The notes under the pieces: model-generated
Databases searched by the model: none
What the model was told of the DNA's origin: nothing
The model's input: only the letters and a program-made list of their open reading frames with translations
In this document: one piece after another, positions 1 to 12,088 of the stretch
Layout of the letters: each line of letters begins with the position of its first letter
How positions within the stretch are numbered: position 1 is the first letter of the stretch
Translations under genes and position numbers: made by a program
NCBI GenBank assembly: GCA_040285825.1
Contig: JAUPSS010000006.1
Location: 496,001 to 560,000, forward strand
Source of the DNA: Eukaryota sp. TZLM1-RC
Taxonomy: Eukaryota; Protista; Metamonada: BaSk clade
Reading direction: 5' to 3'
Length of the DNA stretch: 64,000 nucleotides

Positions 1-13
1 ATAAACACTTCAC

Positions 14-171
14 TTGAATCAAACTTGTCAAACCTGTCATATATGACAGATTTGTTTTAAATCAAAACTAAAACATCGTAATTCTCACCATAGCATTTGA
101 TGTTTGCTATCAATAAAAAACAGAATGTAAACCGATTTTATTACAAAACAAAAAACAATCTAAAATCAACT
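14..171 (+). repeat. Dispersed direct repeat; second copy at 2370-2574 has an internal insertion of ~45 bp
   Basis: TTGAATCAA..CTTGTCAAACCTGTCATA..ATGACAGATTTGTTTTAAATC..CTAAAATCAACT occurs at both places. Confidence 0.85.
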
Positions 172-341
172 AATTAGTAATTAGTACTTATTTCTTTTTG
201 ATTTTTGTGAAATAAAGCAATATTGGTATATATTTATGTTTCAACAATCTAAGCAATTTCTATTTAATATGAGTGACATAATTTAATTCCACATCAAAAC
301 ATATCATTAATCACTTGTAGGTCTTTTTATTTTATAATTTT

Positions 342-490
342 TGTACAATGTTATGCAAAGTGGTTTGTTGGATAAGTCGTTACCTACAAATATATAGTGT
401 TCGTCTCTCCACATATGTAATACCACCGCAATAAAAATATGTTCTTGAACATAAAATGGCGACTGTATTTTTACATGTGTCAAATCTATA
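342..490 (-). repeat. Gene-fragment repeat, inverted relative to 37220-37369 (IDLTxxKIQSPFYVxxHIFIxVVLHMWRDEHYIF); function unknown
   Basis: Near-identical reverse complement of part of ORF 37002..37421. Confidence 0.8.
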
Positions 491-791
491 TATCCTATGT
501 GTCTATTGGTATTAAAATTATGTAATTATCTTGTATTATATTTTGAAATCTAGTGTTTCCGAAAAGCATATTTGCTTTCTGTAAGTGAGGAGATGTATAA
601 CGTAATGGGGGTTAGGATGAGGATAATTTGAGTTGAACCTATATAATATAAACTAAAGTACTTGTCGCTTTAGCCTAATTAAAACCATAATTTTTGTCAT
701 TTTGCTTATTAAAACAAAATTACCTTGTACTTCAAATTGACCAAAAACATATTGTGAACAGTTTTCGACTCACAACAATCCTCTGTTCCTA

Positions 792-960
792 CTATTGGGG
801 TGAAGGCAAAAACCACATCGTGGTCCGGAAATGTCTCAATCTATCAACGTAGCAGGAAAGAAGGTGAATTTTGTTTTTCATGACATTATCCTCCAAGTAA
901 CTGATTACTGGAGAAAGTTGTGGATCCTCATTGAACCTTGATAAAAGCTCTTCAATAAGG
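792..960 (-). pseudogene. Possible MULE transposase fragment
   Basis: SYLEDNVMKNKIHLLSCYVDRLRHFRTT resembles the MULE segment preceding the (H)FGxxTTNxxE motif, but the motif itself is missing. Confidence 0.3.
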
Positions 961-2542
961 AGAATTAATCTCAATATTGTTTGTAACCTTTCAATTTCAA
1001 TTGATTCATTGAATAAAAATCTTCTTAATTGAATAAAGATTTTCTTAATTGAATACAAACCTTCTTAATTAAAAAACCTTCTGATCAACAAATCTTCAAA
1101 AATCAGATAGGAGAGAGAAGGAGCGTCAGATCGGAGAGACGACTTATGGTTAGCTACTGACAGGGACTGGAATTTATTTTATCTTATTGCGAAGCTCAAT
1201 TTCAAGAAAATAAATTATTGTTGTTGCAGATTATTATTTAATTCCACAGAGTTGCCAAAATTCACAAAAAAATTATTGCATCAAATCTTTGAGAAACAGG
1301 TTATCAACAACACCATTTTTAACGTTAACGTAAATCTTCAATTTTGTTAGCAATATATTTATCAGAATTCTAGCTTACTTTTGCAAGACCTACAACTGAT
1401 TAATGATATGTTTTGATGTGGAATTAAATTAGGTCACTCATATTAAATAGAAATTGCTTAGATTGTTGAAACATAAATAAATACCGACGTCTGGGCGGCA
1501 TGATTCAGAGTGAGTTGGTTATTATATGAATAAATTTGATTGCAACGTACACATACGTTCCTTGCAATACTTTCTCAAAACATTTTAAAAACATGTTTGT
1601 TGTAGAGTATAAATGTCAATGATGCAAGTATATGATATCCTATAGTATATGATATATTCACTGGTTTATTAAAATAACGTACAAGCCATCATATTCAACA
1701 ACATAAAAATAAACCAAGATGAGTTAGTTTATAACCAAAACAACCAAATTTTCTTGCGGAAAATGATGCTATAAAAGACGACGAGCATATAGATTTGTCA
1801 AAATCAACATTTGATTGTATTATTTTTAATTGTAAAACATCAACAACAACATGAACAACAATTAAATTTTGTTTAGAAAACCATTTTATTGGCCTAACAC
1901 CTACAGTTGAAATGAAATTAGACAAGTATTGAAACGAACATGTGTACATTGTAATGAAATTTATTAATATATTAACCAACCAACTGTGAACAACCAACTG
2001 CCACCGGAATCAATGAATTCTCGAAACAAAGAACACACCAGAAAGAGTCTGAAAGACCCACTTCCGATTATGCAGACACATAAATGCCACCAGTAGACAA
2101 TGCCACCGGAGCATCAACCCCACCACATGAATCCATATCTATTATAACAGGTAAAGGCCTTTGGTGTAACTGTGGATCATTGCAACCAAGCCCACTTCCG
2201 AGACAATATTCAAACAGCAACCAATGGTATTTATTGCGCATGTTCAGAATATAGTATGCCATGTATTTGAACTAACTTTATACAGACTCCACAATTGACC
2301 TAAATGTATCAAAATGTCTAAAGAGGCTGTATGAATCATCTAGGTAATCTTTCTACTTGAAATAACCATTTGAATCAATCTTGTCAAACCTGTCATAAAT
2401 AACACGTAATATACGAAATGTCTGTTTCAAATAGCCAGTTTTACATGACAGATTTGTTTTAAATCTAAACTAAAACATCGTAAATGTCACCATAACATTT
2501 GATGTTTGCTATTAATTAAAAACAGAATGTAAACCAAGTTTA

Positions 2543-3013
2543 TTACAAAACAAAAAAGCCCTCTAAAATCAACTGATGTGTACTAAAAACGGAAACGTGG
2601 AAGGTCCTCAATGTGGACCATACTGTTCTCAAGTTATCGCTGATTGCTGGAATACCTACGGAATCGTTCATGTCGTTGGATATTTCCCAATTTTCGATAC
2701 GTTGGAGGAAGTGCTGGCCATACATAGCACGGCCACTTGCCCTGACGTCGGAGATAGCAATACAACGTGAGACTGTTCTCATCAATCTCACAGTAAAGTC
2801 GGCCCAGCGATTCCTAAAGTCCTGAATGTTCCAATTCATTTGGACTCTGTATAGTTGATTTCTCGCCGTTTCCAATGTGCTATACTGGCTGAGGTGTAGA
2901 ATCGATTCCCATATTTGCTCCTCATCATTGTCAATGATAGCGGAAATGATGTTGGATAAAGACGAAAACCTGCCTTGAGCTCTCAGAGCGGCTAAACACT
3001 CTGTCCTAGTCAC
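2543..3013 (-). CDS. Hypothetical protein fragment (156 aa)
   Basis: Open frame with higher GC than its flanks; no recognised domain. Confidence 0.35.
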   Translation of the reverse strand: MTRTECLAALRAQGRFSSLSNIISAIIDNDEEQIWESILHLSQYSTLETARNQLYRVQMNWNIQDFRNRWADFTVRLMRTVSRCIAISDVRASGRAMYGQHFLQRIENWEISNDMNDSVGIPAISDNLRTVWSTLRTFHVSVFSTHQLILEGFFVL

Positions 3014-3647
3014 ACAAGAGGCTATCCTACGAAGATAGCCTCTCGAAAAAAACTTATGAGTAGATGGATGAGTGGATTTCAGATCAAAAAGTGTTTTTAG
3101 TTTCGATTGATATTGGTAGGTTTGACCAACACAATGTCTATTATGCCTGTAAATGAATTTATGGAATTAGTTGGAGAAGATAACCTAAATGAAGAAGAAT
3201 ACAAATCTATTCTATGTAATTTGTATAAACAAATTGAATAAAAACCACCCGATGATGTTGAAACAATAAACTTAAAATCAACGGAGGGAATTATGTTTTC
3301 CTGACAAAATTGATAACCTCTAGAAAAAGGAATGAATATACTAAAATAATGCTAGGTTTTTGGTCGTATTTGTTTAGCTGTTGTGTTTGTAGAGAAACTG
3401 TTATGGAAGAGTACAGCAGTTCTGAAGATGAAACCTTATTCTTTTTTACTTATCCAGAACCTTTCTTTTATCGAGGAAAAGAACCGTTGCCTAATGATTT
3501 GAGTGAACTAGAGCTGAAACACTTGAAGGTAGCCTTGGAATGGAGAAAGCGATGATTTATACGAATTTCTGCCGGGATTCAGGTTAGATGGATATTTCGG
3601 TCAATCCATAATTTTTGTTTTTGCACCATCGGAATTCGAAAGTCAAG

Positions 3648-4077
3648 TCCCTATCATTTTACATAACTTCAAAATAAACTATGGAACTGTAAAACCTCTT
3701 AATTATGTGTGTATTGTATAAGCTTTTGCAAGTATAAAATGGTACATAAGAGTTTGTAATATTTGAGTTTTTTCTACAAACAAATTCTATCTGTTGTTAT
3801 TAACATTCTCAATTCATTGATATCATCATTACGTAATGTGATATTTTTGTTATCTCATTTTACTAATTTCTTCATCTTTTATGTTGGAAAATAATGTTGG
3901 AAAAATGAATGTGTTCGAATCACTGTGGTCTTGATTATGTATAGTCGCATAAGCTAAAAAACAATGCTGATAAAGTTTAAAATGTGTGAATGTGAGTGTA
4001 ATGTGTAGATTTTCATTATCATTGACCATAATCCCTATCATTTTGCATAACTTTAAAATAAACTATGGAACTGTAAA
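3648..4077 (+). repeat. Satellite family B (~456-bp monomer), ~1 unit with an internal deletion
   Basis: CCCTATCATTTT(A/G)CATAACTT(C/T)AAAATAAACTATGGAACTGTAAA occurs twice; matches the arrays at 12.1, 17.4 and 36.0 kb. Confidence 0.9.
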
Positions 4078-4635
4078 GTTTTTCATGGCATCCAATGCCA
4101 TGAAAAAGACACTAGTCACTCAGATTGACTGTCTTACAACACCGATTACCAAAGACTGTATCTGCAGGACGAATGATTTTGGAGAACAAGAAAAGGTGAT
4201 GCACGACAAAAAAGAAGCTTTATTAGAACACATGACAAACCAACTAAAGATGATTGAAGAACCAAGTGTAGATCAAATGACATTCGTTCAAGAATTATGT
4301 ACACATCTAAAGAGTCTGAATAATGATCTAATACACCAATTAAAAAATCTCCCAAGAAAATAAAACATTGTTGATAATATTTTTTTTTTCGATTTAATTG
4401 TTATTTTAAAAACCATGGTCAATTCTAACGGTTCATTTGTTTATATTATTATAACAGCCGATATTTACACATTTTTTGTTGAAAAAAATATTTATTATTA
4501 TTTTTTCAACGCTATTTTATCAGTCCATCTTTTCATGAGACCATTAGGTCTGCTTTGACGAAGTACAATAGTTATGAAGGCGGACGTCCAATACTTCCTC
4601 CACTAGAACGGTTTAAATTGATGATGTTGTAGGGT

Positions 4636-5142
4636 TTGGTGTTAAATCAACGCTACGATGATCCATTTTATAACAACTGGTGTAATACCAGAACCTTCGA
4701 GGAACAAAAGCGAGCTCGGAAATCTGTCAGAAACTTCTCTGATCCGGGAGCTCAAGGTCCTATGTTCGGTGGGAGACCCCATCCCCAAGACCAAAAGCTC
4801 GTCGACACTTATGATTATGTCGAACAAATATCGACCAATAAGGAGCAGCTCAGACGCAGAGTCAAAAATCTAAAGAAACGCTCTGTCAAAGACGATAAGT
4901 CCGCTGCGTCCTCTTCTGACATCTGTGGTTTTTGCAAAGAGCCAGGACATTCGGTTAAGGAATGCCTACATCCGCATTGGAAGAGATCTGCAATTCCAAA
5001 AAATAAGCGTCGTAGTTTAGATAGTTATAGCAGTAGTGATAATAAACGTTCTCGTAGTTACAGTTTTCACAGCAGGAAAGCTGTGGAAAAAGACGAGAAA
5101 AGGAAGAAAAAGATGTTGGACTTTTTCTTGATATCCCATTAG
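4636..5142 (+). CDS. Basic protein fragment with a CCHC zinc knuckle (transposon-type C-terminus)
   Basis: CGFCKEPGHSVKEC = CX2CX4HX4C; the frame continues upstream through one stop. Confidence 0.55.
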   Translation: MVLNQRYDDPFYNNWCNTRTFEEQKRARKSVRNFSDPGAQGPMFGGRPHPQDQKLVDTYDYVEQISTNKEQLRRRVKNLKKRSVKDDKSAASSSDICGFCKEPGHSVKECLHPHWKRSAIPKNKRRSLDSYSSSDNKRSRSYSFHSRKAVEKDEKRKKKMLDFFLISH

Positions 5143-6062
5143 AAAAAAATAGTGATTATTAATTATTGTGTGGGAATTTGGGGCGTCTGATTATTCTGTC
5201 ATGGCGTGTGATTATGTTTATTAGGTTAATCACACCCAAAAAGAAAAGTGTCAAGTCTCTACGGAATATCCTATTGTCGTACAATCCCTTGGAACTCCTT
5301 TTCACATAATGATTTTAATTATGAAGGTTTATTAATTAAGAAGGCTTTTAATTATCAATTATGAAGGCTTTTATTTTTCAATTAAGAATGTTTATTAATT
5401 ATGAAGGCTTTTAATTAATATTACTCAAAGGTTACAAACAATATTGAGAGCAATTCTCTTTATTGGTAACCTTTATTAGAAAACATAAACGAGAAGTTTT
5501 CAACCATATGAGCCTTTAAGGTATTCATATGGTTGAATGTCAAGACAAAGACCAATACACAAGTTAATACTCCGTCGCCTGCCAAGCAAAAATCCACTAG
5601 TCCTCCAAAACTGACGCCTTTAATGAGACTTTTGAAAAACCAGAATCCCAAACTACCAAATGTCAATGGTTTAACCATTTCAAACCGTTGATTGATCCTC
5701 AAGGACTTGGTTTTAAAAATGACATCCCTAGTAAAAAGGACAGAATCAAATATGAAGATCTTATGTTCAAAAAGAACGGAAAGCCACATTTAAAGCACAA
5801 TCGCGCTGATGTTTTCAAAAAGTTTAATTGTCAGATGGAAGCAACATTATGACTAAACCAACAGTGTGATATTTCATACATAGACAAAAGTGACTACAGG
5901 TCCAGTAATTTCCGAGAACCAGCAGAATCAGTGGTTATGCTCAAGAGGATTTGAAAACAATGAATGAAGAGAATTGGTATTTTTGCTATTCCGTGAACCA
6001 ATGGGAAACTCGATAAGGAGGACGCGAAAACCCTTTAGGCATAAACGCAGGAAGTTTTCAAT

Positions 6063-7448
6063 AAGAAACCCTAATTAATAGATAGATAACAATGTAAACA
6101 TTAAACCTACAAAAATCCAAAAACATGTTGACTATACAGACACATGTAATCAGATCTTTCTTGACTGTAATCAACTTCAATCAGTTAAAAGCTGAATGAT
6201 TGATGATTACTCAGTCGCTTATGTATTGATTGATAGAAACTCGAAATAAAGAGAATTACTCTCAATATTGGGTCGAGACTCTGAAATTAGAAAAACAAAA
6301 TCTTACTCAGCGCAGTAAAATAATGTATCTGAACAACTGGAAAATCATAAGGTTCATTAACAGCACATCCACTAATAACTTTAACTAGAATTAACTGGAC
6401 CTAAAATTACATTGATAAAATCCAAAACTTTGGCCAATTAAACCTTGAAGACAAAAATTTTTGGGACAAAATGGCAAAATTCCAGAAGTATTCGGACCCA
6501 AAATTTTTACAAGCACGGTATAGTAAATAAATTCCGACATGTCGGCTGAGTTGTTCTAATGTTGACATCAGTGGTAACAATAGGTTGAATTTGCAACCAA
6601 CAACTACATTACCGAAATCAACATAAGAATCACCGAGGGTAAAAATCTCAATAATAGCACATCTACTTGCATCATTACCATTAGAATCGACTAAACCAAG
6701 AGTTTTAACATTGGTGAAAACCAACTTTAAGTCATGTACATTAATCAATGATTAATTTTAGATTCATGGTTGAAATATGGGTTGTTTAATGATTGAATTT
6801 ACATAGGTTATCAAAATAAATTTGAAAACGAAAATGGTCCATTATACATAAAAAAACTACAAGTAGAAAATTGAAATATCAGCAAAAAATGAAAAAAGAC
6901 ATTTGACCATGACCAAAAAACCAACTTTAATTTGAGAACATAAAGAGTTATAACAAAATAACTGAATTCGCCTAGGTTCCGGGTTCGAGTCCCATAAACT
7001 CTCAAAAATTGACCAACCCAACTTTCAATGTGTTGACGATATGGTCGGGATGGATAAAGTTTAATGAAGCAACATCCATGGAAGGAAAGTGAAGAATATA
7101 GAGTTGGAGAGGAGTGATTGGAGTGAAAGAGAGGACATTATTTGAGATCAGAAAGCATGGGAGGACTTAGAGTAATGTCAGTAGTTCAAAAGAAGAGAGG
7201 TGATTGAAGTTTTAACAGCATCATTCACAGAGGTGGATGGTGCAGAACGACAGACACCGTTAAAGGAACAAGATGATGTAAGGTGATGTAAGAAAAGAAG
7301 ATAAAGTGCAAGAACTAAACCAAGAATGAAGAGAGTTGTGTTGGGCAGATTTCACAGGATATCTTGAAAGGATTTCTGTAATGTTTACAGATTTTGTGTT
7401 TCAAACAACATTTTCCGATCGATCGGATGGGCAAAATAAAATAAAATT
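6063..7448. repeat. Family A copy 1, interrupted at its right end by the MULE
   Basis: Shares the AAACCTACAAA..GACTATACAGACAC..GAGAATTACTCTCAATAT block, the minus-strand VDxxxVVVGC repeat frame, a B-box at 6981 and CCGATCGATCGG at 7415. Confidence 0.85.
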
Positions 7449-8176
7449 GGGACAATTACAAAACAACCCCAATCCACAACAGCCATTTTCAAAAAGGCCC
7501 CATTCAAGATTTGTCCTTTCAAAATAGCCCCACCTTGAATCTTTAGTTCCCTGTTGAGTTTATACTAAATAAAACCGTTTATTAGATCTAAAAGTAACTG
7601 CTAGAACATCAAGAGCTCATCGAGGGGAGATAAACTTGCATCTTCACAGTCGTAGTCAAGCATGACCATCTCATCATGTTCCTCATCACACTGACCATCA
7701 TACTGAGCGTCACCATCCGGTAATTCTTCACATTCGGAATCAAAAAAGCCTTCCATAATTGCATCAAGCTCATCATCTTCGGTCCTTCTTGTCTTCTGGA
7801 CCTTTCTGCACTTTCTTCGGAATCGTTTCTTCCTTCTGCGACCGATTTTTGCGACCGATTTTGATTTTTTTTGCGACCGATTTTTTGAAGTTGCAATATC
7901 TACACGAGCGAACTAAGAGACGACGTTCTGTTTTATCCTTTCTGATGGAAAAGGCACCAACAGCCATGCAGTAGTCACTAAGATGTTTAAGAATCTGTTC
8001 CTTATCGAGGAAGAATGCGCCCATATGTAACTGGTACTTCTTGAGAGTGTCTATATTGTTGTTTTCGGAAGACATCGACGTTATAGAACAATGGGGCTAT
8101 ATTGAAAAGGATGTTTATGAATGGGGCTATTTTGAAAAGTGGGTGTTCTCAAATGGGGCTCTTTTGTAAATATCCC
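7449..8176 (-). mobile_element. Non-autonomous Mutator-like (MULE) DNA transposon, 728 bp
   Basis: ~85-bp imperfect TIRs (GGGACAATTACAAAA.. / ..TTTTGTAAATATCCC). 9-bp TSD AATAAAATT at 7440-7448 and 8177-8185. Empty site visible in family A copies at ~30010 and ~50680. Confidence 0.92.
7773..8075 (-). pseudogene. MuDR-type transposase N-terminal DNA-binding domain (internally deleted)
   Basis: LHMGAFFLDKEQILKHLSDYC..DKTERRLLVRSCRYCNF fits the MuDR DBD pattern (GxxFxxKxx..Y..CxxC); lies inside the TIRs. Confidence 0.75.
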
Positions 8177-8295
8177 AATAAAATTTCATCCATCTTTCAA
8201 CATCTTTCCCAAGTCTACTGACTTATAGTAATAATAAACCATGGTCTATTTTTCCTTTATTAAAACTGAAAACAACAACAACCCATCTCCTTTTT

Positions 8296-8570
8296 CTACA
8301 AAGAGTCAAATAACTCATCAACTTTGTCCATATATTCTTCGAACTCTTCCATAGTACCGAATCTTCTTGCAATTGTTGGTACTTCTTCACACAACAGTCT
8401 TATAGTGTCCACAAATTTTTTTTCTTCATGTCTTCCCGGTAATTGATCTCATAGGTCAAAAGGTTGTACTAAAGCTTGAACCTCAATATATGAATCACCA
8501 GTAAGTTCAAAACCTGTTGGTCCCTCATCAGGTGATAGTGATCTACCTTTTGAGGAGAAACATTGTGTAG
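8296..8570 (-). pseudogene. Family C small protein, copy 1
   Basis: EEKKFVDTIRLLCEEVPTIARRFGTMEEFEEYMDKVDELF aligns with the C-termini of ORFs 38086..38454 and 44823..45194. Confidence 0.75.
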
Positions 8571-9045
8571 AGTCACTATCATAGTCATCATGCAAGTAAT
8601 GGTGGTTGTCATCTTTGTAATATTGATTGAGGTTGTTGGTTTTGCATTCAATTTATGAATTAAATGTATATGTTTTTTTTGGTAACTGATACTATTAATA
8701 TTAACTATTAATAAAATTTTTGAAAATATTGTATTAAAGTTCGTTTTTCTACAAACTATCAGAAAACAAGCTTTTTATTGGTTCAAAAAACCTGTCAGAC
8801 ATGTTCAAACATGTCACTGCTGTTTCTCTTCTTTCTGAATCTTTCACATGAACTTTATCAATGCAAAGCAATCGGCAGCCATTTCTGCCGTTAAGAACTG
8901 TGTCTTCCATCTTCATGTTATGTCAGGTAATAAAAGAAAGGTTTCGTGTTCCTTGAAGACTTTCTCATGAGACTTGCCTCTTGGAGCCTATATTTTCCAC
9001 AACAATTAAACATCATCAATTTAACATCATATATTCATACATTAC

Positions 9046-9513
9046 TTCTTCTTTGATGAAGCTGATTTAGACAATGAATTAGGTCATTGGGTGCTGTTCA
9101 TGGTTCTCAAAACAGAACTAAAGACAAATGAAGACAATATTCATAAGGTTACTGCTCATAAGAATATTTATTCAATAGTATGTGTTGATTCACTCAAAAG
9201 TGATCAACATGAAGATATAGGGTCATGGTTTACATCAATTAAAACATGGCTATTTTTGATGGATCAGAGGAGAGCTGTATTACGTACTCATTACGTATAC
9301 GGATATCTTCAACCATCAACTAGTTGCTTGTGTGAATGGGCTGTTGCTTTTACATTGAAACAAATAAGTTCAGGACAACTGTCTATTAGTGAATTTATTT
9401 TGTTAGATCAAGGACCTTATACCTCACCTTACTCTATGGGAGAGATGAATACTGCAAAGGCTCGTGAAGTACTTTCAGATATTTTGAAAGTTGAAACACT
9501 TGTATCCTCATGA
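9046..9513 (+). pseudogene. Ulp1/C48-like cysteine protease, C-terminal catalytic half
   Basis: GHWVL..VDSL..LQPSTSCLC gives the H-D-Q-C order of Ulp1 proteases. Confidence 0.7.
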
Positions 9514-10379
9514 TTCAATCAAAAGGAACCAACAGTTGGCTGTGCTGGAAGAGTTCAATCCTATTGAGGATATGAAGCAGTATGATTTCCAAATTGATGA
9601 TGAAGAAAAAGATGTTGTAGATGTTGTAATCGAAGAACTCCCCAGCAATCAGTAATGGAGATAGCCCTCAATTCTCTCCAAAATGTCGCTAACTCGCTCG
9701 ACAGTTTCCATGACAAAATTCAATTAGCATCTAATGTATGTTGCCTATTGATTTTTTTAATTACAGCCTGTCAATGAATCTCTTTCAACAGTTGATTCAG
9801 CAGCTGAAACTACAAGGGCGATTATTCAGCAACGTGATATGGTCAGTAAAGTCTCAGCTTGATTCGCTTCAGACACGGAAAATTTATAGAACAGAGTGAG
9901 TTTAAAAATGTATATGTGTATATATGTACCAATAACCCAACTAATTATTAATTCAATCAAAAGCAGAATAACAAATCACACTCCATACGAACTGATGTAA
10001 ACTCAATTTACAAAAAGCACAGTGATGTACCAACTGCTCTAGCTTCCTTCGCAAGTTACTCTCCTGGCTTTATTTCATTCAGCCAGCAATTGGAAAAACA
10101 CTTCTTACATTTGAACCCAGACCAAAAATTTCTGAGAAACCCCTTCAGACATTTCGTAAAAAGAACTTTTCAACATATACAATTGCATCGGATGGTATAT
10201 CAGTCAGAGTAACGTTCTCGACTGCCTTCAAAAAAAAACCAAGAATCGCCACACAGCCAGAGAATTCGCAACCACCAGAGCCAGCCGGTTGGACCAAGTA
10301 GTTTGTGCACTATGTCAAAAATACTATCCATCTTTTCAAATAATCAAAATAAATAATCAAAATAAATAAAAAAAGTAAA

Positions 10380-11165
10380 TAAAGAAAATAGAAACGAATT
10401 AACTTTGTTGAGGTAAAAAAAGAAACCCTCAAGTTAAATAATGAAAATATTTGTTGTAAGTATTAAACCTACAAAGATCCAAAAACATGTAGACTATACA
10501 GACACACGTAATCAGATCTTTCTTGACCGTAACCAACCTCAAACAGTTAAAAACTGAATGATTAATGATTACTCAGTCGTTTATGTATTTATTGATAAAG
10601 ACTCAAAATAAAGAGAATTACTCTCAATATTTGGTAAAGACTCTAAATTTAAAAAATTCAAAGTAGTTTTGGTTAATTCAAAGTAATCATCTGTGGTAGT
10701 TGAACCACAAACAAGAACAGTTTCCAAATCAATAAAAGAATCAGTAACAACAATAAATTGAGAATGACAACCAACAACAACTACATCACCAAGATCAACA
10801 ATAGATTTAACAAGGGTAATAAGAGGTGCATTATTAGCACATCCACCAATAACTTTATTATCAGAATCAACTGGACCTACAGTTTTGAAATCGGTGAAAT
10901 CCACATCTGGATCATCTGTGACGAAAATGTCCAATGTCATGGGTTCGAGTCCCACCAACTCCAAAGAATAAAAAATAGAGTGGCGAGTTCGAGTGCAAGT
11001 GAGAAAATTCCAACGTACAAAGACAGCAAAAGTGTTGTAACAGTACCATAGGTTGGTTGGTTCGTAAGGAGGGTGACCTCTGATGAGATACTGGGTGGGT
11101 TAGTGAGCACTCTTCAGAGGAAGAGGTAAGAATATAGAAGAAAGATCTGAGAATGAAGATAAGAA
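10380..11165. repeat. Family A copy 2
   Basis: Hairpin at 10394-10442, conserved core block, minus ORF 10581..10964, B-boxes at 10941 and ~10985. Confidence 0.9.
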
Positions 11166-11184
11166 TGATAATAAGATAAGAATG

Positions 11185-12088
11185 AACTTATTTGTATTGA
11201 CGATAACTAATAGCTTTTCATTGATTTTAATATTGTTTGTTTATTCTTAAACTATACAAACTGATCATGAATCATCAAAACTTATTTGTATTGACGATAA
11301 CTAATAGCTTTTCATTGATTTTAATATTGTTTGTTTATTCTTAAATTATACAAACTGATCATGAATCATCAAAACTTATTTGTATTGACGATAACTAATA
11401 GCTTTTCATTGATTTTAATATTGTTTGTTTATTCTCAAACTATACAAACTGATCATGAATCATCAAAACTTATTTGTATTGACGATAACTAATATCTTTT
11501 CATTGATTTTAATATTGTTTGTTTTATTCTCAAACTATACAAACTGATCATGAATCATCAAAACTTATTTGTATTGACGATAACTAATATCTTTTCATTG
11601 ATTTTAATATTGTTTGTTTTATTCTCAAACTATACAAACTGATCATGAATCATCAAAACTTATTTGTATTGACGATAACTAATATCTTTTCATTGATTTT
11701 AATATTGTTTGTTTTATTCTCAAATTATACAAACTGATCATGAATCATCAAAACTTATTTGTATTGACGATAACTAATATCTTTTCATTGATTTTAATAT
11801 TGTTTGTTTTATTCTCAAACTATACAAACTGATCATGAATCATCAAAACTTATTTGTATTGACAATAACTAATATCTTTCATTGATTTTAATATTGTTTG
11901 TTTTATTCTCAAATTATACAAACTGATCATGAATCATCAAAACTTATTTGTATTGACAATAACTAATATCTTTCATTGATTTTAATATTGTTTGTTTTAT
12001 TCTCAAATTATACAAACTGATCATGAATCATCAAAACTTATTTGTATTGACGATAACTAATAGCTTTTCATTGATTTTAATATTGTTT
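11185..12088 (+). repeat. Tandem minisatellite, 94-95-bp unit x ~9.6
   Basis: AACTTATTTGTATTGAC(G/A)ATAACTAATA.. starts at 11185, 11279, 11373, 11467, 11562, 11657, 11752, 11847, 11941 and 12035. Confidence 0.97.

Larger units (their letters stand above)
225..1485. repeat. ~100-bp inverted repeat pair (225-325 / 1385-1485)
   Basis: GGTAT..TTTATGTTTCAACAATCTAAGC..TTGTAGGTCTT is reverse-complemented at 1385-1485. A diverged copy lies near 18800. No TSD seen. Confidence 0.85.

Noticed and set aside
3017-3043. 10-bp hairpin near CTAG as a Helitron 3' end or terminator
   Set aside because: Single copy, CTAG is not followed by T, and it overlaps a probable coding frame
3850-4041. Recurrent 60-70-aa ORFs in satellites B and E, and antisense ORFs such as 56803..57003
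   Set aside because: Shadow frames of repeats or of opposite-strand genes; not consistently open between units
11185-12088. CRISPR array
   Set aside because: Units are fully repeated with no unique spacers, and there are no cas genes
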